64,000 nt of DNA from Pseudomonadota bacterium (GTDB taxonomy: Bacteria; Pseudomonadota; Alphaproteobacteria; Micavibrionales; UBA2020): the NCBI GenBank assembly GCA_021845905.1, contig JAJZVA010000006.1, forward strand, positions 74,264 through 138,263, in the 5' to 3' direction. This document shows, piece by piece, positions 8,404-15,910 of this stretch (positions are counted from its first letter, which is position 1; each line of letters opens with the position of its first letter). A program made the translations under genes and the position numbers. The notes under the pieces are model-generated. The model did not search any database. It had not been told where the DNA came from and saw nothing but the letters and a program-made list of their open reading frames with translations.

Positions 8404-8430
8404 CGTGCTAATGTGTTAGCCAATGTGCTA
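8404..8430 (+). repeat. arm-type repeats (C/T)GTGCTA (large element, distal end)
   Basis: cgtgcta 8404-8410, tgtgtta 8412-8418, tgtgcta 8424-8430; matching tgtgcta at 51093 and 51104. Confidence 0.55.
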
Positions 8431-8740
8431 ATTGCTATGTTTCCGCTCTCCCAAGGAGCTTGCCCAACGGGTGAAAAAGCACCGGATGCGGCGTCCGCGA
8501 TGTGTAAGAGTAAGCTACTGTAATAGCTACATAATTCTAATAATCGGAGAGCGCCGTGTTAGCCCTGTGCTGATTTTTGCGCTAGCAATCCAAAAACTGC
8601 GGCTAGGTACCTATCGAATGGGGTTACTGACGCCGGTCCGCCTGGCCCATGGGGAGCATCATTCCGCTAGTCGCCACTTGCCCCACCCCCGCCGATCTTC
8701 TGCGCGGCACCGTTGACACGCTAAGGATATCTATTTTGCA

Positions 8741-8787
8741 TTTTGATGCACAAAACTAGGCAATATCCCTTGTTTTGATGCATAAAC
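8741..8787. promoter_or_regulatory. two operator-like palindromes sharing TTTTGATGCA
   Basis: TTTTGATGCACAAAA (8741-8755) and GTTTTGATGCATAAAC (8772-8787). Confidence 0.3.
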
Positions 8788-8794
8788 TGTTGCG

Positions 8795-8878
8795 GACGGC
8801 CAAGCCAAGCAGAACCTGCGCGTCAGCGTCACGCGAGGCAAGCGTCTTACAACCATTTTGAGGCCGTCGTCACGGTAG
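8795..8878 (+). pseudogene. orphan 3' fragment of a UvrD-like helicase gene (inverted duplicate of the gajB-like 3' end)
   Basis: 8800-8861 is a perfect reverse complement of 14137-14198; translates DGQAKQNLRVSVTRGKRLTTIL vs DDQAKQNLRVSVTRGKRLTTIL in ORF 14093..15910. Confidence 0.8.
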
Positions 8879-8893
8879 TTGAACACGCCTCCG

Positions 8894-10135
8894 TCACGCA
8901 ATCAGGGACGCGGCTGCCTCGGCTTGTTCGGTCAGGTAGTGACGGAGTTCGGCGAGCAATGCGCGTTCCGTGGGACTTACACCTGCGAGTAGATCGTCAG
9001 CCTCTTCGATCGCCTTAGGAAGGGTCAGCCAGGGCACGGTCCCGTCCCCAACCATGAGACGGCGGGCAATGGCGATCTCGTAATCACGGCGGGCGGCATG
9101 GGGCATGACATACGCCGCCTCGACGAATACGAGACGCTGGCCGAGCGCCCGCAGGCGCCCATCGCCGAGCCGGCCGATCAGCGGCGGGCGGTGGTGCCAT
9201 TCCAGATCGTGAAACCGGTCAAGCAGCGCCTGATCGTCATTGCCGGTGAAGCCGTCATAAATCTGCTCCTCGACATGGGGCGACGGCTCTTTTTCTTCGC
9301 GCGTCCGGCCAAAGGCGGCGATAAGGCGCGCGGCCAGATTATCATCGGACAGCGCGGCGAAATCGTCCGGGTCCTGCGAGAGGTCGAAGACCAGCATTTC
9401 AGAGCCGTTGTCCGGGTTCATGCCGATGCCGGTGACGAACCACGAGTATCCCTTGCCGTAGAAAAAATCTGTGAGCACGAAGACGTCCTCGTCGAGCGCG
9501 AAATCCGCGACCGCCGCCTTCTGGGCAAAGCGCACGAAATTCGACCAGTGCTCCGGCACGCGCTCGGCGATCAGGCGACACATATGGATGGTCGCCTCCA
9601 CATCGCCCATCGCATCGTGCGCGGCGCTGTGATCGAAGCCGTTGGCAGGCGCGAGCCGGTCGAGCTTGAAGACGGGCCTGCCGCGATCATCGAGCGGGAT
9701 GCTCAGGGTGTTTGGCGCGAACCGTGCGACTGCCTGAATCATCCGCAGGCTGTCGGTGCGGCAATTTCCGTTCGTATTGGTCAGGTAGGGTGCGTGCAGG
9801 GTCTTATACAGCGCCTGGCGCAACAGGTGCTCGTCAAAGCCGAGCGAGTTATGCCCGATGAATATCGCGGGCGACCATTCGGCCATCTTCGCCCTGATCG
9901 CGCGCACCATCCGGTAGTGGCTCGGCAGCGCGGGATCGGTAAGCCGGCCGATGCCGATTCCCGTGACGCGCACCGCGCCAGGCGACGGCACGACGTAAGG
10001 TAAAAGGCGGGAGCGGATTTCAAAGCGGTCCAGCTCGTTCAGGTCGTGATCCGTCCTGATTGCGCCGAACTGGAGTATCTGGTCGAAGGCGGTGTTGGTG
10101 CCGGTCGTCTCGGTATCATAAAACACGAAACTCAT
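8894..10135 (-). CDS. exodeoxyribonuclease I (SbcB)-like DEDDh exonuclease
   Basis: FYDTETTG, GHNSLGFDEHLL, HDAMGDVEAT DEDDh motifs; colinear with E. coli ExoI as recalled, somewhat shorter. Confidence 0.8.
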   Translation of the reverse strand: MSFVFYDTETTGTNTAFDQILQFGAIRTDHDLNELDRFEIRSRLLPYVVPSPGAVRVTGIGIGRLTDPALPSHYRMVRAIRAKMAEWSPAIFIGHNSLGFDEHLLRQALYKTLHAPYLTNTNGNCRTDSLRMIQAVARFAPNTLSIPLDDRGRPVFKLDRLAPANGFDHSAAHDAMGDVEATIHMCRLIAERVPEHWSNFVRFAQKAAVADFALDEDVFVLTDFFYGKGYSWFVTGIGMNPDNGSEMLVFDLSQDPDDFAALSDDNLAARLIAAFGRTREEKEPSPHVEEQIYDGFTGNDDQALLDRFHDLEWHHRPPLIGRLGDGRLRALGQRLVFVEAAYVMPHAARRDYEIAIARRLMVGDGTVPWLTLPKAIEEADDLLAGVSPTERALLAELRHYLTEQAEAAASLIA

Positions 10136-10158
10136 CGCTGGCCCTCCGCCGGCTGGAA

Positions 10159-10686
10159 TTAGGCAAACAGATTTCCGAGCCTGAAGCGCATCGCCGCCGT
10201 GCTGACCTTGTATTCCTTGGCGAGCGCGCTGACGGCGCCCTCGTCGTCAATGTCGAATGACTGCCCCTGCAATGAACGCGCAAGAAATTCTTCGGGCATC
10301 AGAAGTTCGGCGGCGAAGAAATTGGCCTCGATCTCCATTTCATCGATTCCGGCCGAAGACACCGAGTCGCGCATCAGCATCGGGAAGCCCTTATCGACGT
10401 GGATTTGCTTTGTGATCTCGGCGCGGTGAAGCACGAGATGCCCGACTTCGTGGGCGAGCGTAAATCTTTGTCGGTTGGGATGATGAAGGGCGTTGACGCC
10501 GATTATCGGCGTGCCGTCCTTGACATAGACCATGCCCGAGAGTTCGTCGTCGAGCGGGGAAAACCGCAACTGCGCCTCAAGCCCCTTGGCGATACGCTCG
10601 ACCGGAACCGGGGCCGCCATGATGCCCTGCTCGTCCCGTAATTCCTTTACGCGCTTCTGGATCGCGCTGCGCCGTTTCGTATTCAT
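10159..10686 (-). CDS. ImmA/IrrE-family zinc metallopeptidase (CapP-like)
   Basis: HEVGHLVLH motif; 4-nt overlap with upstream XRE gene. Confidence 0.8.
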   Translation of the reverse strand: MNTKRRSAIQKRVKELRDEQGIMAAPVPVERIAKGLEAQLRFSPLDDELSGMVYVKDGTPIIGVNALHHPNRQRFTLAHEVGHLVLHRAEITKQIHVDKGFPMLMRDSVSSAGIDEMEIEANFFAAELLMPEEFLARSLQGQSFDIDDEGAVSALAKEYKVSTAAMRFRLGNLFA

Positions 10687-11060
10687 GCGTTCTCCCTCCC
10701 GTTGTTGGCGCCCTGCTGCATGGCATCGCCCATCAGGCTCAGGACCTCGCGGCGCTGTTTTTCGGTCAGCCCGTCTTCGGCAAGCGGCAGCGGTGACGAG
10801 GCGCCTGCCTTCGGTGCGCGCGCCTGCGGCGCGAGCAGGAGCTGCGCCGGCGAATCGAGTTGCAGAGCCGACGCCAGCGCAAACAGGTGGTGGACAAGCA
10901 CCTGCTGCCGCCCCGCCTCAATATTGGCGAGCGAGGCGCGGGATATGCCGATCTGCTTTGCGAGCTGGTCCTGGGTCTGGCGCAGACTTTTGCGCAAGTC
11001 CCTGATTCGCGCTCCTAAACTTTGATAGATGTGGCCGGCTTCCATAGGTTTTTCTACCAT
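10683..11060 (-). CDS. XRE-family HTH regulator (CapH-like)
   Basis: LRQTQDQLAKQIGISRASLANIEAGRQ HTH; divergent from the Ubl operon. Confidence 0.8.
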   Translation of the reverse strand: MVEKPMEAGHIYQSLGARIRDLRKSLRQTQDQLAKQIGISRASLANIEAGRQQVLVHHLFALASALQLDSPAQLLLAPQARAPKAGASSPLPLAEDGLTEKQRREVLSLMGDAMQQGANNGRENA

Positions 11061-11092
11061 GCAAACGGAAGCGGCGTCAAGATCGCAAACAT

Positions 11093-11159
11093 AGACGTTT
11101 GCATTATAAACTTATTAAACGATTGCATTTTTGACATTTCCGGCGCGCTGTGGCATAAA
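11093..11159 (+). promoter_or_regulatory. promoter of the Ubl operon with adjacent direct-repeat operators
   Basis: TTGACA 11131-11136, 17-nt spacer, CATAAA 11154-11159; ACG(T/A)TTGCATT at 11095-11105 and 11119-11129. Confidence 0.5.
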
Positions 11160-11219
11160 GGAAGGGTCTGCGGGGCCGTCGGCGCCGCGCTTTCTGAAGT
11201 ACGGTGTAAGGAGATTCCG

Positions 11220-11519
11220 ATGGCGCACGAGCATCAACACGAGCATCAACACGAGCATGGACATGGTGGGCATGGCGGGGACGAAGTCACGCTTGAGGTT
11301 GGCACGCCCAAGGGGCTGTTCACTGGCACCTTCCCGAAAACAGCCAAGATTGAGGACGTGATCGCGGCGGCTGTCGAAGCCAAGGGCATCGACAGCGGCG
11401 AATCGCTAGAGCTTGTCTATAACGGCGATGTGCTGCAGCCGGTGCAGCGCACGCTCGTCAGTTTCGGCCTCGCCGGTACAGTGAAGCTCGAACTGGTTGC
11501 GACCGGCTCCGGGGTGTGA
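11220..11519 (+). CDS. bilA: ubiquitin-like beta-grasp protein with His-rich N-terminal tail
   Basis: AAGGAG RBS; MAHEHQHEHQHEHGHGGHGG then ~80-aa Ubl-sized domain ending LELVATGSGV; first gene of Ubl-E2-JAB-E1 operon. Confidence 0.7.
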   Translation: MAHEHQHEHQHEHGHGGHGGDEVTLEVGTPKGLFTGTFPKTAKIEDVIAAAVEAKGIDSGESLELVYNGDVLQPVQRTLVSFGLAGTVKLELVATGSGV

Positions 11520-11522
11520 GCG

Positions 11523-11966
11523 ATGGCCACCGCAGGCGAGCTGGTTTTCGAAGAGCAATTCGGTCACCTGCGGGAGAACGCGCAATCCCGCGGGTGGCCG
11601 CTGGAGCGGGCCTTCATCCTCGGCATGAAAGCCCGCGATGATTCGCAATACTGGCTGCTCGCCGATTGCAGCGACTACCCGGCCCTGCCGCCGGCATGGC
11701 ACTGGTACAACCCAGCGACGAGGCTGCTCGACCAGCCGGCCGATACGCCGAAGGGAGGGACGTTCTTTCACCCCTCCGGCCGAATTTGCGCGCCTTGGAA
11801 CCGTCTTGCCTATACCAAGGTCGATCCCAAGGGGCCTCATGGCGAGTGGGATCTCGCGAACTGGATCACGAATCCCAAGACCGGCAACTGCACCACGCTG
11901 TCGGCGATGGCGCTGCGAATTCATGTCGAGATGAAAAGCGCTCACTACCAGGGCCGGATGGGGTGA
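11523..11966 (+). CDS. bilB: E2-like (UBC-fold) conjugating enzyme
   Basis: FFHPSGRICAPWN resembles the HPN...C active-site loop of E2 enzymes; operon context. Confidence 0.7.
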   Translation: MATAGELVFEEQFGHLRENAQSRGWPLERAFILGMKARDDSQYWLLADCSDYPALPPAWHWYNPATRLLDQPADTPKGGTFFHPSGRICAPWNRLAYTKVDPKGPHGEWDLANWITNPKTGNCTTLSAMALRIHVEMKSAHYQGRMG

Positions 11967-11970
11967 GACG

Positions 11971-12492
11971 ATGCTGAATGCCCTCAAACGCCTGTTTGCA
12001 AAGAAGCCGCGCTACAAGCCGGGGCCGCCGCCCCCGCCGCGGCTCGTGATATCGCAAGGCTGCATCGATGCGCTTGCCGCGTGCCTTGCCCCGGAGATTC
12101 GCGACGGACAGGAAGGGATCGCCTACCTGCTCGGGCAAAGCGACGGTACGACCACGGTGGCGCTCGCCTCGATCCGCCCCGAGGCGCAGGTCACGCGCAG
12201 CAGCTTTGTCGTGAGCGCGTCGGCGATGGCGAAGGTCGTGCGCGCCGCCGTCGATCGCGGCCTGCAGGTGGTCGGACAGATTCACACCCATCCCGGCGAT
12301 GCCTATCACAGCGGCGGCGATGATGACGGCGCGCGGATTGCCTTCACCGGTTATGTATCGATCGTACTGCCCGATTACGGGCGTCACCTCCCCGCGCTGA
12401 CGCGCTCCGCCACCTATGTCTTTCAGGCGGGCAAGGGATTCGTGCCGCTCGGCGCCTCGAACATCGTTATCGTTCCGGGGAGGGTCGCGTGA
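11971..12492 (+). CDS. bilC: JAB/MPN+ metallopeptidase
   Basis: JAMM motif QIHTHPGDAYHSGGD with upstream Glu (EGIAYLLG). Confidence 0.8.
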   Translation: MLNALKRLFAKKPRYKPGPPPPPRLVISQGCIDALAACLAPEIRDGQEGIAYLLGQSDGTTTVALASIRPEAQVTRSSFVVSASAMAKVVRAAVDRGLQVVGQIHTHPGDAYHSGGDDDGARIAFTGYVSIVLPDYGRHLPALTRSATYVFQAGKGFVPLGASNIVIVPGRVA

Positions 12493-13820
12493 AGGATGAG
12501 GATTATTATGACGTGCGCGATGACCGGTTGTTTCGCTATCCCGACGCGCGGCGGCTTGACCAGTCGCGCTGGATTGCGATCCGCGCAGCTCCCGATTACC
12601 TGCGCAGCTATGCCGGCCAGGTCGCCCTGCTGACAGCGGCCAACCTGCTCGGCCGCATGGCGCGGCGGGTTGCGCTCGACATCCTGCCGACGGACATGGT
12701 CCAGCCCCTGCCCTGGGCGGGCGAAGACATCGTCGGCTTTGCTCTCGCGCAGATGCAGGCCGCCGATCCGCGCGGCGAATATCTGATCCGCCCCGCGCAT
12801 GATTCCGATCACATCGTGTTTCTTGGCGCGTCCGGCGCCCCGGTCGTGACGCATGGCGCCGGCTGGCTCGCCTATACCGGCCCTGCCCCGTCACCGCTTC
12901 CCGCCGACGACGCGGCGAACCCCATCGGCGCGGCGCTCGCGGTCATTGCCATGGCGGCGCAGCTTGCTGCACACGGTTTCGACGGGCCGCCGGCTGCGGT
13001 CATGCTCAACAGCTTTGACTGGACTCACGAGTTCGGCGCGCCATTGCCGGCGCTGCCCCTTGGCGCCGATCTCGGCGCGCTATGGGCGGTCGGCGCCGGT
13101 TCCGTCGGCACGGCGATCCTTTATTTCCTGACGCTGGCGACGCGCAATTTTTCCGCGCTGCTGTTCGATCGCGACAAGGTGAAACGCGAGAACATCACGC
13201 GCTCGCCGGTATTCGCCGATGAAGATATCAAAAGCGATAAGGCGCAAGTGCTGGAAGCCTATCTGAGACGCTGCGGGATAACGGACATGGCGCACGAGCC
13301 GGTGATGCTGCATGAATCGCGCAAATGGACCGACCGCGCGAGCGGAACGCCGGACCTCGTGATCGCGGCAGCCAACGAGCACAATGTCCGCCACCTGATA
13401 GAGTCCCTGTTGCCGCCGGTGCAGATTTACGGCACCACAGGCCGCAACTGGCAAGCTTCGGTCATCCGGCATGTGCCGATGGTCGATCCGTGCTCATGCT
13501 GCCTGTTCCCGGAAACCTCCTATACGCCGACCGGCTGCGCAACCGATCCCGAGGCAGCGCCTGCCGACGGTCAGCAGGTCGATGCCGCGCTGCCGCACCT
13601 TTCATTCGCCGCGGGCCTGATGGCCGCCGCGGAAATCCTCAAGCTGAGCCTGCCGGGCTACACAATGACGCCGAACCGCTCCCTGCTCTATACGAAGCCG
13701 GAGCTGCGGCTGGCGCGGGCCGGCGTGAAGCTGCGGCAGGGTTGCGTGTGCGGCGCGCGTAGCCGCGCCGTCCATGAGAAGATGATCGCGGGCAGCCGGT
13801 ACGCAGCGCTGTCGGGTTAG
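12489..13820 (+). CDS. bilD: E1-like ThiF/MoeB-family adenylating enzyme
   Basis: Rossmann GAGSVGTAILYFL...FDRDKV; Cys clusters DPCSCCLFPE and GCVCG; GTGA start/stop overlap with JAB gene. Confidence 0.75.
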   Translation: MKDEDYYDVRDDRLFRYPDARRLDQSRWIAIRAAPDYLRSYAGQVALLTAANLLGRMARRVALDILPTDMVQPLPWAGEDIVGFALAQMQAADPRGEYLIRPAHDSDHIVFLGASGAPVVTHGAGWLAYTGPAPSPLPADDAANPIGAALAVIAMAAQLAAHGFDGPPAAVMLNSFDWTHEFGAPLPALPLGADLGALWAVGAGSVGTAILYFLTLATRNFSALLFDRDKVKRENITRSPVFADEDIKSDKAQVLEAYLRRCGITDMAHEPVMLHESRKWTDRASGTPDLVIAAANEHNVRHLIESLLPPVQIYGTTGRNWQASVIRHVPMVDPCSCCLFPETSYTPTGCATDPEAAPADGQQVDAALPHLSFAAGLMAAAEILKLSLPGYTMTPNRSLLYTKPELRLARAGVKLRQGCVCGARSRAVHEKMIAGSRYAALSG

Positions 13821-13857
13821 CGGTCCGATAGGCTGGCATTGGCGCTAGGCCCCGATT

Positions 13858-13894
13858 CCTTGCAATTCCGGCGGCTAGCGCCGGAATTGCAAGG
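13858..13894. other. perfect 16-bp hairpin (5-nt loop)
   Basis: ccttgcaattccggcg-gctag-cgccggaattgcaagg; no flanking T-run on either strand. Confidence 0.7.
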
Positions 13895-13999
13895 ATGATA
13901 CCGCGCCAGAAAACTGAAGTAGTTCTTGCCCGCCTTGGCCAGTTTCCGACCGTGGCGCTGCTCGGGCCGCGGCAGGAGGGCAAAACCACGCTCGCCGAA
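13895..13999 (+). pseudogene. truncated 5' end of an AAA ATPase gene (DUF4143-associated type)
   Basis: MIPRQKTEVVLARLGQFPTVALLGPRQEGKTTLAE matches the usual N-terminus and Walker A of this family (memory); similarity ends after ~35 codons. Confidence 0.6.
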
Positions 14000-14092
14000 G
14001 GGCGAAGGAGTCGAGGTTATCGGTCTCAAGGAAATGGCGTCGCTTGTCGCGGGCTCCTAGAGCGGCCCATGGCGTCAGCGATGAAGTCGGTT

Positions 14093-15910
14093 TCAATTGT
14101 TTCCAGGAAGAAGGACGCAAGGGTCATTCTTCGGCGTCAAAATGGTTGTAAGACGCTTGCCTCGCGTGACGCTGACGCGCAGGTTCTGCTTGGCTTGGTC
14201 GTCTGCATGATCCCGTGAATTGAAGCGCACAATGCGGTCCGCGTTGTAGGGTGGCTGGCCCTTCCGTTTGATCGGCCAGCCCTCGAAAATAATAACTTCG
14301 TCGAATTGCTTACCTTTCGCTTTGTGCATGTTCATCACGATAACGCCGGACTCCGGCTTGACGTTTGTCGAAAAGTGCTCCCGGACGAAAGCCTGTCGCG
14401 TGATCGCCAGCGCATTGGAATAGCCGCCGTTGTCACGCCAATCCCGGGAAAGCTCCTGACGAAGTTGGGTCCCGCGCTCCAGGATACGGACGTTGCGAAC
14501 CTCATTCGCAATCTCATTCAATCTTTTGCAAGCTCCGTCCTGGAGGATGTGCCGCATGGCCAGCCAGTCGTTATCGGGGTCGCCCACAAGCACGAGCGCA
14601 CGTGTCTGGTCGTACACGGCGAGCATGCTGACGATGATGCTGTTCTTCCGCACGGCTTTGCCTGACGCATGACAAGTCAAAAGCTCTTCGTAGGCTTTTC
14701 GGATGCCCGCCGCCTCTTTCAGTGCTCCTTGCGTGGGTTCATCGCCGCCTTTGCCATGGAAGTAGTTGCACATGAGTTCGATGAACTGTTCAAAGTGATG
14801 GCGATCCACGGCAGGCTGCAACAGATGTGCGATAACTTCCGCCCCAAGGATTGCCGCCTCCATTTCGATGACCGCGGAATGCGGCACCTCAATCATCCCT
14901 GCCGGAGGTTGACGCAAGGCATCTGACACCAGGCGCGTCATCTTCTTTGTCGGGACGAGAATGGCCAGGGACCAGTCGGTGACGCCTTGGCTGACCAAGC
15001 GCCCGCGCGCGGCATAGGTCGTCGTAACTAGCTTTGTCATCGCTGGATCGGGAAAGGGGTCAAAGACATCGAACGCGATGCCCTTATACGTGTTCTGACG
15101 GAATTTCCCCGTAAGCAGGTCGTTGCCGAACATGCCGATCTCTGTCCCGGCGCTTCGGTGATTGTCTGTGCTCAGGTCTATCTCTGTTGGGGTGAACGTC
15201 TCTCGGAAATGGTGGAGACGCGCCGGGTCGGCACCAATCCAGTCATAAATGCGCTGTTCCGGGTCGGCGAGAGCAATCAGCCGGCAGAACGCGCCCAGCG
15301 CCTGAACGACCCGCCATTGCTGCGCATTCGTGTCCTGAAACTCGTCGAGGATGATGATCGGGTACATGGTCCCAATCAATCTGCGAATGCGATCGCTGCC
15401 GTGAAGGATTTCGCCGACATGGGGGGCATAGAGATCGAAGCACACAAGCCCCTCCGCGTTTGCGAGGCGGATGCGCTCTGTCTGCTCAGCGGCCTTCTTG
15501 GCCACCTTCTGCTCGTCGGAGAGGTTTCTGGCCGGGAAACCGGATCGCACCGCGGAGAGGGCGATCGCCTCGCCGGACGGCGTGAGGATACTGAGCCGCC
15601 GCGGCAGCCCGATGAGATAACCATGAGCCTTGAGGATACGCCAAAAGAAGGAATGGTAGGTCTCGACATCGATGAGCTGCTTCTGGGCACGCGGGATTTT
15701 CTGCTCATATTCGATAGCTTCTACCACACGCGAGACGGTGGCGCGTGCGAAGCTCAGAAACAGTATCTTCTGGCCGGGCCGAAGTTGATGCTCTGCCAAG
15801 TGGGCCGCCTTAAGAATGGAAACGGTTGTCTTTCCGGAACCCGGCCCTCCCGTGACAAGAAGGTGGCCATCGGCGTCCATCGCCTCAAGCTGCTTTTCAG
15901 TCAATTTCAT
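14093..15910 (-). CDS. gajB: UvrD/PcrA-like superfamily 1 helicase (GajB-like)
   Basis: LVTGGPGSGKTT Walker A, IILDEFQDT motif II; 14-nt overlap with upstream OLD-family gene. Confidence 0.8.
   Translation of the reverse strand: MKLTEKQLEAMDADGHLLVTGGPGSGKTTVSILKAAHLAEHQLRPGQKILFLSFARATVSRVVEAIEYEQKIPRAQKQLIDVETYHSFFWRILKAHGYLIGLPRRLSILTPSGEAIALSAVRSGFPARNLSDEQKVAKKAAEQTERIRLANAEGLVCFDLYAPHVGEILHGSDRIRRLIGTMYPIIILDEFQDTNAQQWRVVQALGAFCRLIALADPEQRIYDWIGADPARLHHFRETFTPTEIDLSTDNHRSAGTEIGMFGNDLLTGKFRQNTYKGIAFDVFDPFPDPAMTKLVTTTYAARGRLVSQGVTDWSLAILVPTKKMTRLVSDALRQPPAGMIEVPHSAVIEMEAAILGAEVIAHLLQPAVDRHHFEQFIELMCNYFHGKGGDEPTQGALKEAAGIRKAYEELLTCHASGKAVRKNSIIVSMLAVYDQTRALVLVGDPDNDWLAMRHILQDGACKRLNEIANEVRNVRILERGTQLRQELSRDWRDNGGYSNALAITRQAFVREHFSTNVKPESGVIVMNMHKAKGKQFDEVIIFEGWPIKRKGQPPYNADRIVRFNSRDHADDQAKQNLRVSVTRGKRLTTILTPKNDPCVLLPGNN

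Noticed and set aside
8432-8716. 94-aa plus-strand ORF near the large-element end
   Set aside because: Odd composition, no RBS, and it spans AT-rich att-proximal sequence. I saw no evidence of coding and no convincing RNA structure, so I left it unannotated.
11866-12894. 342-aa minus-strand ORF across the E2/JAB/E1 genes
   Set aside because: Arg-rich antisense shadow. The plus-strand genes have catalytic motifs and coupled starts.
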